64,000 nt of DNA, taken from positions 1,274,694 through 1,338,693 of the forward strand of contig CAXXWS020000002.1 of the NCBI GenBank assembly GCA_963665325.3, in the 5' to 3' direction. Below are positions 48,698-58,953 of this stretch, one piece after another. The position numbers and the translations under genes were made by a program. The number at the start of each line of letters is the position of its first letter. The first letter of the stretch is position 1. Source of the stretch: Alphaproteobacteria bacterium. GTDB taxonomy: Bacteria > Pseudomonadota > Alphaproteobacteria > Bin95. The notes under the pieces were generated by a model. That model saw only the letters and a program-made list of their open reading frames with translations. It was not told the DNA's origin and did no database searches.

Positions 48698-50017
48698 ATG
48701 GCGCCGAGGAAGTTCGGGGCACGGAAACTGCCGGATGACGGGCCGCGCAACGGCTGGTTCGAGAGCCTGCCGCCGCTGCCGCCCCCGCGGCGGATCGAGG
48801 GCCGGATAAAGGTCGATTTCGCAGTCGTCGGCGCGGGCATATGCGGTTGCTCCGCCGCCCGGCGCCTGGCCGAGCTCCGGCCCGACGACAGCGTGGCGCT
48901 GATCGAGGCCGGGCGGGTCGGCTACGGCACGTCCGGGCGCAATGCGGGTTTCATGCTGGACCACCACAGCCATGGCGGCATGAAACATATCGACGCCGCC
49001 CGGAAGAACGACCGCCTGTTCGCCGCTGGGACCGAATGGCTGCGCCAGCTTGTGCGGGAACACCAGATCCAGTGCCAGTGGAGCGACTGGGGGCGGATCT
49101 ATGTCGCTGCCGACGCGGGCGTGGAAACGGAGCTCAAGGGCGTTTCGGACGGTTTCGACTCGCTTGGCGTGCCTTGGCGGGAACTCGATCGGGACGGTAT
49201 CGAGGCCGTCACCGGCTCGCGCTACTACCGGCGCGGCGTGCGGGTGGACGGTTCCGCCCTCGTGCAGCCGGCCGCCATGATGCGCGGGCTCGCCGCGACG
49301 CTGCCTGCGAATGTCGCGGTCTACGAGGAAAGCCCGGTGCTGGAGATGGCTACCAGCGGCGGCTTCCGGCTGACCTGCCCCGAGGGCAGGGTCGAGGCGC
49401 GGCAGGTCGTGCTCTGCACCCATTTCTTCACCGAGGAGATGGGCATTCTGAAACATCGCGCAGTTCCGCTCGCGAGCTTTGCCAGCCTGACCGAGCCGCT
49501 CTTGGACGCCCAGGCGGCGATGGTCGGCGGGGAGGGGGAATTCGGCCTCTTGCCCGCCCACCCGAACGGCAGCACGGTCAGGCTCACCCGTGACGGCCGC
49601 ATCCTCATGCGCAACACGCTGTTCTATGCGCGCGAGAAGCGCTTCCCGCCGGAACTGATCGAGCGCGTGGCCGGCATCCATCGCCGCAGCATCGCGGCGC
49701 GCTGGCCGGACCTCGGCGATATCGGCCTTGCCGGAACCTGGGGCGGCATTCTCGCCTTCACACGCAATGAGGGCGCGATCTTTGGGCCCGTCCGCGACGG
49801 GCTCTGGGCGCTCATGTCCTGCGACGCCGCGCCCATGACCAAGGGCGCCATCGGCGGCAAGCTGCTGGCAGAGCGCATCTGCGGCGAGGACAGCGAACTG
49901 CTGCGTGTCATGCTTTCGCTGCCGCGCGCGGCCCTGCTGCCGCCCGACCCGATCCTGCGCTTCGTCGTCAACCGCAGAATCGGTCGCTTCGCCGCCGCCG
50001 GAGCCACCGAGCGATAG
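48698..50017 (+). CDS. FAD-dependent oxidoreductase (DAO/PuuB-like)
   Basis: VVGAGICG, GTSGRNAGF, VQPAAM, YEESPV, WGG. Confidence 0.88.
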   Translation: MAPRKFGARKLPDDGPRNGWFESLPPLPPPRRIEGRIKVDFAVVGAGICGCSAARRLAELRPDDSVALIEAGRVGYGTSGRNAGFMLDHHSHGGMKHIDAARKNDRLFAAGTEWLRQLVREHQIQCQWSDWGRIYVAADAGVETELKGVSDGFDSLGVPWRELDRDGIEAVTGSRYYRRGVRVDGSALVQPAAMMRGLAATLPANVAVYEESPVLEMATSGGFRLTCPEGRVEARQVVLCTHFFTEEMGILKHRAVPLASFASLTEPLLDAQAAMVGGEGEFGLLPAHPNGSTVRLTRDGRILMRNTLFYAREKRFPPELIERVAGIHRRSIAARWPDLGDIGLAGTWGGILAFTRNEGAIFGPVRDGLWALMSCDAAPMTKGAIGGKLLAERICGEDSELLRVMLSLPRAALLPPDPILRFVVNRRIGRFAAAGATER

Positions 50018-50086
50018 GGAACTGTCACGCCCCGGGACTCCGGGCCGCGGGCTCGCCGGATGCCTTACGCCGCCGCTGCCGGGAAC

Positions 50087-50112
50087 GTCATGAAGTGTCA
50101 TGAGATGTCATG
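50087..50112 (-). repeat. 10-bp-period CATGAC(A) array
   Basis: plus strand GTCATG at 50087, TGTCATG at 50096 and 50106. Confidence 0.75.
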
Positions 50113-50475
50113 GTCGAAGGCGAATTCAGTGTCGTCGGGCCAGTCCGTGCCGCCCGGTTCGCCGGTGTCGAACGGGTCCTCGCCGCAGCGCATCTCTTCC
50201 CGTTCGAACCTGTCCTGCCTTCCGAACTCGACGTTCTCCGGCGTCCAGGGGTCGTAGAGTTCGGCGTAGCCGTTTCGGCGCTGGCAGAGCCAGTCATGTT
50301 CCGCGCCCTCGGTCATGTCGTCGTCGATCCTGTCGTCGTTGCGCGGGTCGCCGTCGTCGCGTTCGGCATAGCCGGCCTGCCTTGCGGCGTCTGCGGCATT
50401 GCAGGAGGCAACGAAGTGGCGGCAGAAGGCCTCCTGGCGAGTGGAGGGGGCCACGGTCGGGTCGAGTATGGGCAT
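50098..50475 (-). CDS. solitary terminase-small-subunit-like (HTH) protein
   Basis: STRQEAFCRHFVASCNAADAARQAGYA resembles the phage TerS N-terminal HTH; AAGGAG RBS; acidic low-complexity tail. Confidence 0.6.
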   Translation of the reverse strand: MPILDPTVAPSTRQEAFCRHFVASCNAADAARQAGYAERDDGDPRNDDRIDDDMTEGAEHDWLCQRRNGYAELYDPWTPENVEFGRQDRFEREEMRCGEDPFDTGEPGGTDWPDDTEFAFDHDIS

Positions 50476-50964
50476 GGGAGTGGTGGCTCCTTTCGTTCAT
50501 CTTTCATTCGGTTCGGACGTCCGTTGCGGTATCGGTTCCGACACACAGTCATCAGCCCGGCGGGGAGCGACCCTGTTTCGCGCGTATCGCGTGTAGCAGA
50601 AATCTATAGCGAGATTAATGCTCACAGAGCTGACATGGATTGAGGCAATTTCCTGTTTCTTTGCTTGAAATACAGTATGTTATGAGTCATGTCAAGTGGT
50701 TCCCGGAAGGATGGATCGCCGTATAATGAAGAAAGCATTGAGAGCGAAAAGTCACACACAGGTGTGTAATTTAGTTCTGGCTGCCATCTGTGAAAGGACA
50801 GGACGGTGTGGAATCAGGTAGTCGCGGTGTATGAACAGATACAGTTTGATTATGTGGCGATTATACGGTTATCATGCCAGCTTGCCCATGTGACAGTGGC
50901 GGGTGTATGTTAATTCTGCCTTTGATACATGATATTTGCTTTCTTATGTGGCATGGGCAAAGGG

Positions 50965-51315
50965 ATGAGACGGACAGGGAGCAGGGCGGTGGCGACAGGG
51001 ACCGGGGAGCAACCGAAGAAACGGCGCAGCGTGCTGGTGACCGATGCTGACTGGGCGCGCATTCACGAAGCCGCCGGAGCCGAAGGACTGCGGCATGGGG
51101 ATTATCTCGTCCACACCCACCGTTTCTGGCAGACGGCGACCGATGCGACGGCAACGGGAATACCGCCGCAGGTGCTGCGCAGCATGATGCGCATGCTGCG
51201 CATTCTCGAGCAGGCGGAGAAGCTGCGCCTCGATGATCTCGATGGCGGGCGGACATGGCGGAAGCTGGGCGCCGATGCGGACCTGTGGCTCGACGGCCAG
51301 ACATCGTTCGACTGA
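50965..51315 (+). CDS. hypothetical protein, RHH/MobC-like N-terminus
   Basis: KKRRSVLVTDADWARIHEAAGAEGLRHGDYLV. Confidence 0.55.
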   Translation: MRRTGSRAVATGTGEQPKKRRSVLVTDADWARIHEAAGAEGLRHGDYLVHTHRFWQTATDATATGIPPQVLRSMMRMLRILEQAEKLRLDDLDGGRTWRKLGADADLWLDGQTSFD

Positions 51316-51328
51316 AGGGAGCGGCAGG

Positions 51329-51661
51329 TTGGACCGGGCTAGGCCTCGCAGCCTCTACCTCCCGCCCGAGATCTGGGAGGCGGGTGGCAAGCGGGCGAGG
51401 AAGCACAAGATGAAGATCTCCCGGTTCGGGTGGCTCTGCTGCGAGCGGGCGGCCCAGGAGGCGGCGGCTCCTGTTCCGCAGCCGGCCGGGCATGCCCTTG
51501 CGCTCTCGACCGACGAACAGCAACGCCTCGACGCGGACCTGCAACGCCTGGCCCTGTTCGGGCATTTCACGGTTTCGGCTGCGGGCGGCCGGGAGGCGAC
51601 CGGTCTGCAGCACGAAGTCCTCCGTTGTGTCCATCTGTGGGACGGCGGCAAGGGCTCATGA
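51329..51661 (+). CDS. hypothetical protein, RHH-like
   Basis: TTG start after AAGGGAG; RPRSLYLPPEIWEAGGKRARKHKMKISRF...LALSTDEQQRL. Confidence 0.5.
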   Translation: MDRARPRSLYLPPEIWEAGGKRARKHKMKISRFGWLCCERAAQEAAAPVPQPAGHALALSTDEQQRLDADLQRLALFGHFTVSAAGGREATGLQHEVLRCVHLWDGGKGS

Positions 51662-52164
51662 AGAAACCGAGAAAACGGAAGCCGGGCACGGGGCACTCGG
51701 TTTCCTACACGGACGCGCAGTGGGCAGCGATCAACGGATGGGCGAAGGCGGCCGGCGAGACGGTATCGCGGTGGTGGGCCAAATGCGTCCTGACCGTCGA
51801 CCTGTCGGCGCCGGAAAGGATTGCAGCCCCGCCGCTGGTCCTGGATGAACAGCAACAGCGCCGGATTTCCCGCGTTGCGCGAGACTTGGCCGAAGGCGCG
51901 CGAGACGAAGCGTCTGCCCGTTTCGGCGCGCTCGCGCGGGACCTGCTTCGGGAGCGGCTGCAGGCGATGGTTCGGGAGGGCCGCCGTGCGGAGGCCCTCG
52001 ACGGGCTCTGCACCGTGTTCGGGGAGGCGCGCGCGGAGGTGATCGCCGCCGCCTTCATGCCGGACGAGCCGAAGGAACCCCGGACGCCGGGGCGGCAGAC
52101 GCAAAAAGGGGATGGGACGAAAGACGGGCGCGGCGGGCCGCCGCGTCAGCCCGAACTGTTCTAG
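51658..52164 (+). CDS. hypothetical protein, RHH-like
   Basis: ATGA overlap; HSVSYTDAQWAAINGWAKAAGETVSRW...LVLDEQQQRRI. Confidence 0.55.
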   Translation: MKKPRKRKPGTGHSVSYTDAQWAAINGWAKAAGETVSRWWAKCVLTVDLSAPERIAAPPLVLDEQQQRRISRVARDLAEGARDEASARFGALARDLLRERLQAMVREGRRAEALDGLCTVFGEARAEVIAAAFMPDEPKEPRTPGRQTQKGDGTKDGRGGPPRQPELF

Positions 52165-52331
52165 CTGGAGAAGCTGTCGTCCCAAACTCTCATTTTTCCA
52201 CGCACCTGATGGCAGCCGCAGTCGCGATCCATCGCTCTGATGTCGATATGTGATAGCTCTGGAAGAGATGAGCGATCCGGGCGAGGGTGTTGAACTGGGA
52301 CGAGCGGTCTGTCTGTGACTGGACCAGCTCC

Positions 52332-53338
52332 GACAAGTGCCGGGAACTCGGCCTCTGGGCGCTCGACGCGCCGGAGGAGGTCGGCGGCATGAACCTGCCG
52401 GCCGTGGCGCTGGTCGGTGTCAACGAGCAGCTCGGCCGCACGATCACGCCCTTCGTCTTTCCGCCCGACTCGCCCAACTTCCACATGCTGCTCGCGGTCG
52501 CCGACGAGCGCCAGAAGCGGCTCTACATGGAACCCTATGCAAGCGGCGAGACGCATTCCGCCATTGCCATCTCCGAGCCGGACGCCGGCGGCGACCCGGC
52601 CGGCATGACCACCCGCGCGGTCAAGGACGGCGACCACTGGGTCATCGACGGGCGCAAGATCTGGATCAGCCGCGTGCCTTACGCCGATTTCACCATCGTC
52701 ATGGCGCTGACCGACCCGGAGAAGCGCGCGCGGCGGCATCACCGCCTTCATCGTCGAAAAGAACACGCCCGGCTTCATCGTGGAGCGCGAAATTCCCATG
52801 CTGGGCGGCGCGCGCACCTATGAGGTCGTGTTCGAGAACTGCCGCGAGCATGAGCGCCAGGTTCTGGGCCAGGTGGGCAACGGCTTCGGCCCGATGCAGC
52901 TTCGGCTGACCGTGCGCCGGCTGCAGATGGGCGCCTGATGCGTGGGCATGGCGCGCTGCGCGCTCAAGATGCTCTGCGAACATGCGAGCCAGCGCGTGAC
53001 CTTCGGCGAGCGCCTCGCCGACCGGCAGGCGATCCAGTGGTGGATTGCCGACGGGGCGACCAAGGTCCATGTTTGCTCGCTGATGGTGATGGACGCGGCC
53101 GTAAAACAGGATCGGGACGAGGACGTGCGCACCGAAGCCTCGATATAATGGTGTATGCCACCGAGATGGCGACGGAGATCGTGGACAATGCCCAGCAGGC
53201 GTTCGGCGCAATGGGTGTCACCAGGGAATTGCCGCTGCAGCTGATGGCGCGGAAAGTGCGGCTCATGCGCGTCTCTGAAGGCCGAGCGAGGTCCACCGCA
53301 CGGTCATTGCGCGCCGCATGCTGCGCGCGCACCGATAG
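52332..53338 (+). pseudogene. acyl-CoA dehydrogenase pseudogene
   Basis: AISEPDAGGD, IDGRKIWIS, RVTFGERLADRQAIQW, FGAMG split across frames; 5' truncated; frameshift near 52730, in-frame TGA at 52936-38, further shifts near 53145 and 53280. Confidence 0.88.
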
Positions 53339-53370
53339 GCAGCCCCGTGCCATGGGGTTCGAATCCGCCG

Positions 53371-54003
53371 ATGCTTGAGATGCGCTCGCTCGCGCTGGCC
53401 GGATGCGAACCGTTTGCCAAAGGCAAAAGGCGGCATTGTTACGTCCATCCCGACGATCCCGATCTTTGCGTCAAGGTGGTGGCCAATCCCGAAGATCAGC
53501 GCGCCCTTCGCGAACAGAGACGAGATCTCGACGGCTACAGGCGGCTGAGAGCGCACGCGGCGGACTCGGTGTTCGACCGCATCCCGGCGATCGAGGGGGT
53601 CGTCGATACCGATCTGGGCAAGGGCATAGTCATGCGGCTCTGCCGCGACCACGACCGCCGCATATCGCGCAATCTTGCCCAGGTCATCCTGGAACACGGC
53701 CTGACGCCGTCCCTGATCCGGGCGGTCGAGGCGCTGAAGCGGTGGCTGCGGGAAGAGCGCCTGCTGACCAGGGACACGGCCCCCTATAATGTCGTGGCCG
53801 TGCGTTCGGGCGACGGCGACTGGCAGTTGATGATCATCGAAGGCTGGGAGAACCGGACGTACCGGTGGCTGGCGTGGCTCTTCCCTTTCACAAGGGATCG
53901 CCTGGTCGCCCGTCAGCTGCACAAGTTCGACCGGCGCGTTTCGAAATTGACCGGGAATCGAATCCCGGACCGAAAGCGGCAAAGTCGCTTCGAACGGGAA
54001 TAA
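53371..54003 (+). CDS. YrbL-family kinase-like protein, copy 1
   Basis: FAKGKRRHCYVHP...LCVKV, VDTDLGKG, DTAPYNVV. Confidence 0.75.
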   Translation: MLEMRSLALAGCEPFAKGKRRHCYVHPDDPDLCVKVVANPEDQRALREQRRDLDGYRRLRAHAADSVFDRIPAIEGVVDTDLGKGIVMRLCRDHDRRISRNLAQVILEHGLTPSLIRAVEALKRWLREERLLTRDTAPYNVVAVRSGDGDWQLMIIEGWENRTYRWLAWLFPFTRDRLVARQLHKFDRRVSKLTGNRIPDRKRQSRFERE

Positions 54004-54430
54004 TATGGGCGAGTGACGAACAGCCCGTTTAGCGGGGCTTGAGGGTCTCTACCCGAACGACCGCCATGACGTCCGGAGCAGTGATCCGGGCGTCGCGTCG
54101 ATCCGCACATCCTCTTCGAGTTCCGCCTCGCTCGGCTGGCAATTGGACGGCTTCAGCCGCGCCACCGGCTTGTCGTCAGTGTCCTTCGCCATGTGGTGCG
54201 ACCCTTTCACGGAGCGCACCGCGCCATACTACGGCTTGACTCTCGCGCCCATATGGCCGGATTCTCGCTCGTGCGACTACTGGCGCGTCCCGCTCTGTCG
54301 TGGTGCCCGCTGAATGGAACAGCCGAACCTGGCGAGGAAGCACGACCCGAGCCCGGCGAACAGATAGCCATGCTTACGCGCTGGCAGTCGCAATGGCCCG
54401 GCACCAGCGACGGGCCTTGCGGGGTCCGCC

Positions 54431-55147
54431 ATGCTGCCCGTGTTCGTCATCAATCTCGACCGGCGCCCCGACCGCTGGACGGCGATAATGGGCCAATTGG
54501 ACCGTCTCCGCATCGAAGCAATGCGAATTCCGGGTATCGACGCCGGAAGCATCGTAGGATCGATCCATGACGGCTTGTCCCTGCCGCAGTCCGGTTGCAG
54601 GGAAAGCCATCTTGTTGCCATCAGCGAGTTCCTGCGAACCGATGCGCCGGCGTCTCTCATCCTCGAAGACGATGCCGAGCTTGCGCCCGACGTTCGCAGG
54701 CTGCTGGCATCGGTCGAGTGGTGGCCTGCCGGAACGAATGCGATAAAGTTGAACGGCCGCCGCAAGGCTCTGCTGCTCGGTCGGCCAATCGGCGAGACGC
54801 CGTACGGCAGCGCAATTCGCCCGATCTCGTGGGCCTCGGCAGGCGCTTACGCCTATATGCTCAACCGCGCAGGCGCTGAAATCATCCTCAACATGGCGTC
54901 CTCGGTGGGCATGACGGCAGACTCAATGCTGTTCCATATGCCCGGTTCTCCCATCGCGCGCCGCCTGAAGCCGTCCCATGTCGTCCCGGGAATAGCGCGC
55001 CACGCCGATCATTTCGGCTCGGACAATGAAGGAGAGTTCTTCCCACGCACGACCGGCCCCGCGGTGCGAGCCGTTTTGAAGGCCAGGATCTGCTTGCGGC
55101 GCATGACAGGGCAGGTTCGCAGAGTGGAAGTGCCCTATCGACCCTGA
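54431..55147 (+). CDS. glycosyltransferase family 25
   Basis: VFVINLDRRPDR, GCRESH, LILEDD, GAYAYMLNRAGA. Confidence 0.88.
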   Translation: MLPVFVINLDRRPDRWTAIMGQLDRLRIEAMRIPGIDAGSIVGSIHDGLSLPQSGCRESHLVAISEFLRTDAPASLILEDDAELAPDVRRLLASVEWWPAGTNAIKLNGRRKALLLGRPIGETPYGSAIRPISWASAGAYAYMLNRAGAEIILNMASSVGMTADSMLFHMPGSPIARRLKPSHVVPGIARHADHFGSDNEGEFFPRTTGPAVRAVLKARICLRRMTGQVRRVEVPYRP

Positions 55148-55426
55148 AGGAGCGACATCAAGGACGAAAAGCACGCCTCGCCCCTATGCGCAGGCTCGTC
55201 CTCAGCATCGCCGGGCGGGAGTTGGGCAATGACCATGCGCAGCAAACCTGAACGCGCCGCGTGGAACGATAACTTCCTCCTTTACAGGATCCGCGCAGCA
55301 GATCGCTAAGCTGAAAGCGATTACCTTCGGTCACTCCGGCTGCATCGATTACAAGATATCCACAATTTCGTATAGACCGCTTCGGCGCATTGACCGAAGG
55401 CACGTCCATTAAGTGAAGATCAGGCA

Positions 55427-56050
55427 TTGAAGATATCCGGACCGCCGACATCCCCCGAACGCCCCCTTGCCCTCTCCGGGCGCGAACCGTTCGCGAGGGG
55501 CACCAAGCGGCATTGCTACGTCCACCCGGATGATCCGGATCTGTGCGTCAAGGTGGCGGTCCGTGACGATGCGGACTGTCTTCGCCAGCAAAGATGGGAT
55601 CTTGAAGACAACCGGCGACTGAGGGCGCGCGGGGCGGACTCGGTGTTCGACCGCATCCCGGCGATCGAGGGCGTCGTCGATACCGATCTGGGCCGGGGCA
55701 TCGTCATGCGGCTGTGCCGGGACCATGACGGCCGCATTTCCCGCAATCTCTCCCAGGTTATTCGGGAACACGGCCTGACGCCTTCTCTGGTCCGGGCGAT
55801 CGACGGGTTGAAGCGGTGGCTGCGGAAGGAACGCCTGTTAACCATGGACACGGCTCCCTATAACGTCGTGGCCGTGCGTTTGGACGGTGGCGACTGGAAG
55901 TTGATGATCATTGAGGGATGGGAAAACCGCAGGTACCGGTGGCTGGCGTCGCTCCATCCTTTGGTCAAGGACCGGCTGATCGCCCGCCAACTGCGCAAGT
56001 TCGACCGACGGGTTTCGTGCGTGGTGGAAGCGTCGCAGGGCATTTCCTGA
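55427..56050 (+). CDS. YrbL-family kinase-like protein, copy 2 (start uncertain)
   Basis: FARGTKRHCYVHPDDPDLCVKV, DTDLGRG, DTAPYNVV; close paralogue of 53371-54003. Confidence 0.72.
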   Translation: MKISGPPTSPERPLALSGREPFARGTKRHCYVHPDDPDLCVKVAVRDDADCLRQQRWDLEDNRRLRARGADSVFDRIPAIEGVVDTDLGRGIVMRLCRDHDGRISRNLSQVIREHGLTPSLVRAIDGLKRWLRKERLLTMDTAPYNVVAVRLDGGDWKLMIIEGWENRRYRWLASLHPLVKDRLIARQLRKFDRRVSCVVEASQGIS

Positions 56051-56161
56051 GCGGCTTTCAGCGATGGCACGCGTGGTCCGTCGCTCCAGAGGACAGTCGA
56101 GGATCGCTGGAAATGCCCGCCCTTTACATGGCCGCCCAAATTTCCGATTGTGACAGTTGCT

Positions 56162-57286
56162 ATGGAATCGTCCCGGGCCGGAACGGAATTGCACGGCAAA
56201 ACCGTGCTTCAGGTGCTTCCGGCGCTCGAAGCGGGCGGTGCCGAACTTGGCACGCTGGACGTTGCCGCTGCCTTGCGCGGCGCTGGTGTGCGGGTGCTCG
56301 TGGCTTCGTCGGGCGGGCGGATGGCTGCGGGCCTCGGTTCTGACCATGTCCGCCTGCCTGTCGACACCAAGAATCCCATCGGGCTGTGGCGAAATTCGGG
56401 CCGGCTTGGAACCCTTATCGCTCGAGAAGGCGTAGACCTCGTTCATGCCCACTCGCGCGCGCCGGCGTGGAGCGCCCGCGCGGCGGCGCGGCGCGCAAGG
56501 GTGCCATTCGTCACGACTGTCCACGGCGCCTACGGCGCCGGTAGTGCCGCCAAACGCGCCTACAACCGCGTCATGGCTTCCGGTGACCGCGTGATCGCCG
56601 TCTCCGACTTTATCGCGGAGCATGTGGAGGAGCTCTACGGCTGCCCGCGCGATCGCGTACGGGTGGTGCATCAGGGCATAGACGCGGCGGCATTCGACCC
56701 TTCCGCCGTACGCGCCCAGGAAAAGGTGAAGCTGCGCACGGCCTGGGGAATCCCGGAAGGAGCGCTTGTAGCGCTCCTGCCCGGCAGGCTGACCCGCCTC
56801 AAGGGCCATGGGGTGTTGATCGACGCGATGCGCGGGCTTGCGGACATGAACCTTGTCGCGGTGTTCATCGGTTCCGACCGGAGCAGAGAGGCATACCGGC
56901 GCGAACTGGAGTCGCTGGCCGAAGGACTGCCGGCGCGCTTTGCGGATCATACCGACAACATGGCGGCCGCCTACGCAGCCAGCGATGTTGTGGTCTCCGC
57001 TTCCATCCGTCCGGAGTCGTTCGGGCGAGTGCTGGCGGAGGCGGGCGCAATGGGTCTGCCGGCCGTCTCCAGCGATCTTGGCGCCGCGCGCGAAATTGTC
57101 CGTCATGCCGAAACCGGATGGCTGGTCCCGCCGGGCGATCCGGCCGCGCTCGCCGAGGGCATCCGAAAGGCGCTCTTCGCAGCCGGCCCCACTCTCGCAG
57201 CCAGGGCGCGTACGCATGTCCTCGCTCATTTCACGCAGGACCTGATGTGTGCGAAGACGCTTGCAGTCTATCGGGAACTGCTCTGA
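56162..57286 (+). CDS. glycosyltransferase family 4
   Basis: LQVLPALEAGGAE, HAHSRAPAW, PGRLTRLKG, ESFGRVLAEA. Confidence 0.9.
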   Translation: MESSRAGTELHGKTVLQVLPALEAGGAELGTLDVAAALRGAGVRVLVASSGGRMAAGLGSDHVRLPVDTKNPIGLWRNSGRLGTLIAREGVDLVHAHSRAPAWSARAAARRARVPFVTTVHGAYGAGSAAKRAYNRVMASGDRVIAVSDFIAEHVEELYGCPRDRVRVVHQGIDAAAFDPSAVRAQEKVKLRTAWGIPEGALVALLPGRLTRLKGHGVLIDAMRGLADMNLVAVFIGSDRSREAYRRELESLAEGLPARFADHTDNMAAAYAASDVVVSASIRPESFGRVLAEAGAMGLPAVSSDLGAAREIVRHAETGWLVPPGDPAALAEGIRKALFAAGPTLAARARTHVLAHFTQDLMCAKTLAVYRELL

Positions 57287-57321
57287 AATTGCGGAGAGGC
57301 CGCTGAACCGGCGCCCGGCGT

Positions 57322-58548
57322 CTACGACTTCGCCTGGGCCAGAACCGCGGCAATCAGTTCGTCGTATCCGTCCACAGTCCTTTCCAGGGAGAACCGGGCG
57401 GCGCGGCCGCGCAAGGTTGACCTGTCAGCCGGGCGGGCGAGCGCCCGCAGCATCGCTTTCGCCAGCCTCTCCGGGTCGCCCATCGGCGCGAGCAAATCGG
57501 GATCCTCCAGAATTTCCGACGAACCGGCACAATCCGTCGAGACGGCGGGGCAGCCGCAGGTCAACGCTTCGACCAGCACATTGCTCAGGCCTTCGTACCG
57601 TGACGACACCACGAATAGCGCGGCCCGGGCCATGAAAGCCCAAGGGTTATCGGCCCATCCCGGCAGCGACACTCGGTCCTCAAGACCCAACGCTCGGATC
57701 CGGCTTTCCAGTTCCGCGCGACCGAAACCCTCGCCCAGGATAAGCAGCCGGCAGGGATGTTTGACGACCACGCGGCGGAACGCCTCGATCAGTGTCGGGA
57801 AGTCCTTTTGCGGCGTGAGGCGCCCGACGCCCAGCACGACGGGCGGTTCGCCGTCACGAAACCACGGATGGTCCGGCGCGGCCTCCGCGTGTCGCGTAAT
57901 CTCCGGTGCAAACGCCGGGTTGTAAATCGTCACGATTCCCACTTCCGTCGACACATCGACAATGGCGGCGATGTTCTCTGACACGCCGCGGGACACCGCC
58001 ACGAGACGGGCGGCCATCGGGAACAGCAACCGGCGGCGTCTGGTCGATTTTGCGCCCGGATCATCGGCGCCGCGCAGGATCGGGATGATCGGCGGGGGAG
58101 AAGACACAAGGCGCGCGGCGAAGAATGCCGCATATTCCGCCGACGCCAGGTTGGCGAAGACGATGTCCGGCCGTTCGCGCTCGAAATAGCGGGCAAGGCG
58201 CAGCGCATGGCCCAGCGAAGCTGGACGCATCAGGACCCGGGCGGAGGCTCCGAATTCATGAAACAGGCCGGCCGCGAAGCGCGCCAGGCGGAAAGGCGAG
58301 GCCAGCCAAGGCCGCCAGAGCGTTTCTTGCGGGACATCGCTTCGGGTGCGCCGTATCCAGCCGAAGCGGCCGCACAGCACGATCAACCGCGCCGTCCGGG
58401 GCAATTCCCCGGGGTAAACGAAAGTCGGCGAGAAGAGCACGATATCCACGTCGTGCCCCCGTTCCACCAGCCCGCCGGCGGTTCTGAATATGCTCCGTTC
58501 CGCCCCACCGCCCTTGAGCTTCTGGATGAGCATCGTGATGTGGGCCAT
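57322..58548 (-). CDS. glycosyltransferase family 4
   Basis: GGGAER, IYNP, GVGRLTPQKDF, EGLSNVLVEA. Confidence 0.9.
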   Translation of the reverse strand: MAHITMLIQKLKGGGAERSIFRTAGGLVERGHDVDIVLFSPTFVYPGELPRTARLIVLCGRFGWIRRTRSDVPQETLWRPWLASPFRLARFAAGLFHEFGASARVLMRPASLGHALRLARYFERERPDIVFANLASAEYAAFFAARLVSSPPPIIPILRGADDPGAKSTRRRRLLFPMAARLVAVSRGVSENIAAIVDVSTEVGIVTIYNPAFAPEITRHAEAAPDHPWFRDGEPPVVLGVGRLTPQKDFPTLIEAFRRVVVKHPCRLLILGEGFGRAELESRIRALGLEDRVSLPGWADNPWAFMARAALFVVSSRYEGLSNVLVEALTCGCPAVSTDCAGSSEILEDPDLLAPMGDPERLAKAMLRALARPADRSTLRGRAARFSLERTVDGYDELIAAVLAQAKS

Positions 58549-58721
58549 GATAACCGCGCCGCATGAGTTCGTGATCCGTTTCGCGGCTGATCTTACCGCC
58601 TCGGCCGTCTGCGAACCACGGGTTCAGAGATACGGCAATCTTTTGTTGCGGCTTGGAACGAGATAGGCGATACGGGCGAATAACCCGCGTTGAGAACGAA
58701 TCAAACATGCAGGCCAAATCA

Positions 58722-58824
58722 GGGCGGCGGGGGTGTGTTTCCGGACGGGCTTCTTTCGGGGATCGAGCGCAAGACGGGCTGGATGATGGCGGAGCTGGCG
58801 GGTCTGGCGCGGCCTTGGCGGATG
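58722..58824 (+). mobile_element. IS701-family transposase fragment (scar)
   Basis: translates GGGVFPDGLLSGIERKTGWMMAELAGLARPWRM, like IS701 transposase N-termini; nothing further follows. Confidence 0.65.
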
Positions 58825-58953
58825 CGAGAACCGCCGCCCGCAGCTATCTTCCGGACACTGTGCCGGTCGGTACCGGCTGGAGCATTCCCGTGGCTCAAAT
58901 TACGACGCTTGCCCGTTGCCTTGTCGGCCGCACATGAGCGGGCACCCCGGACA

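Noticed and set aside
50098-52164. Prophage
   Set aside because: No integrase, large terminase, or structural or lysis genes, and no att repeats seen
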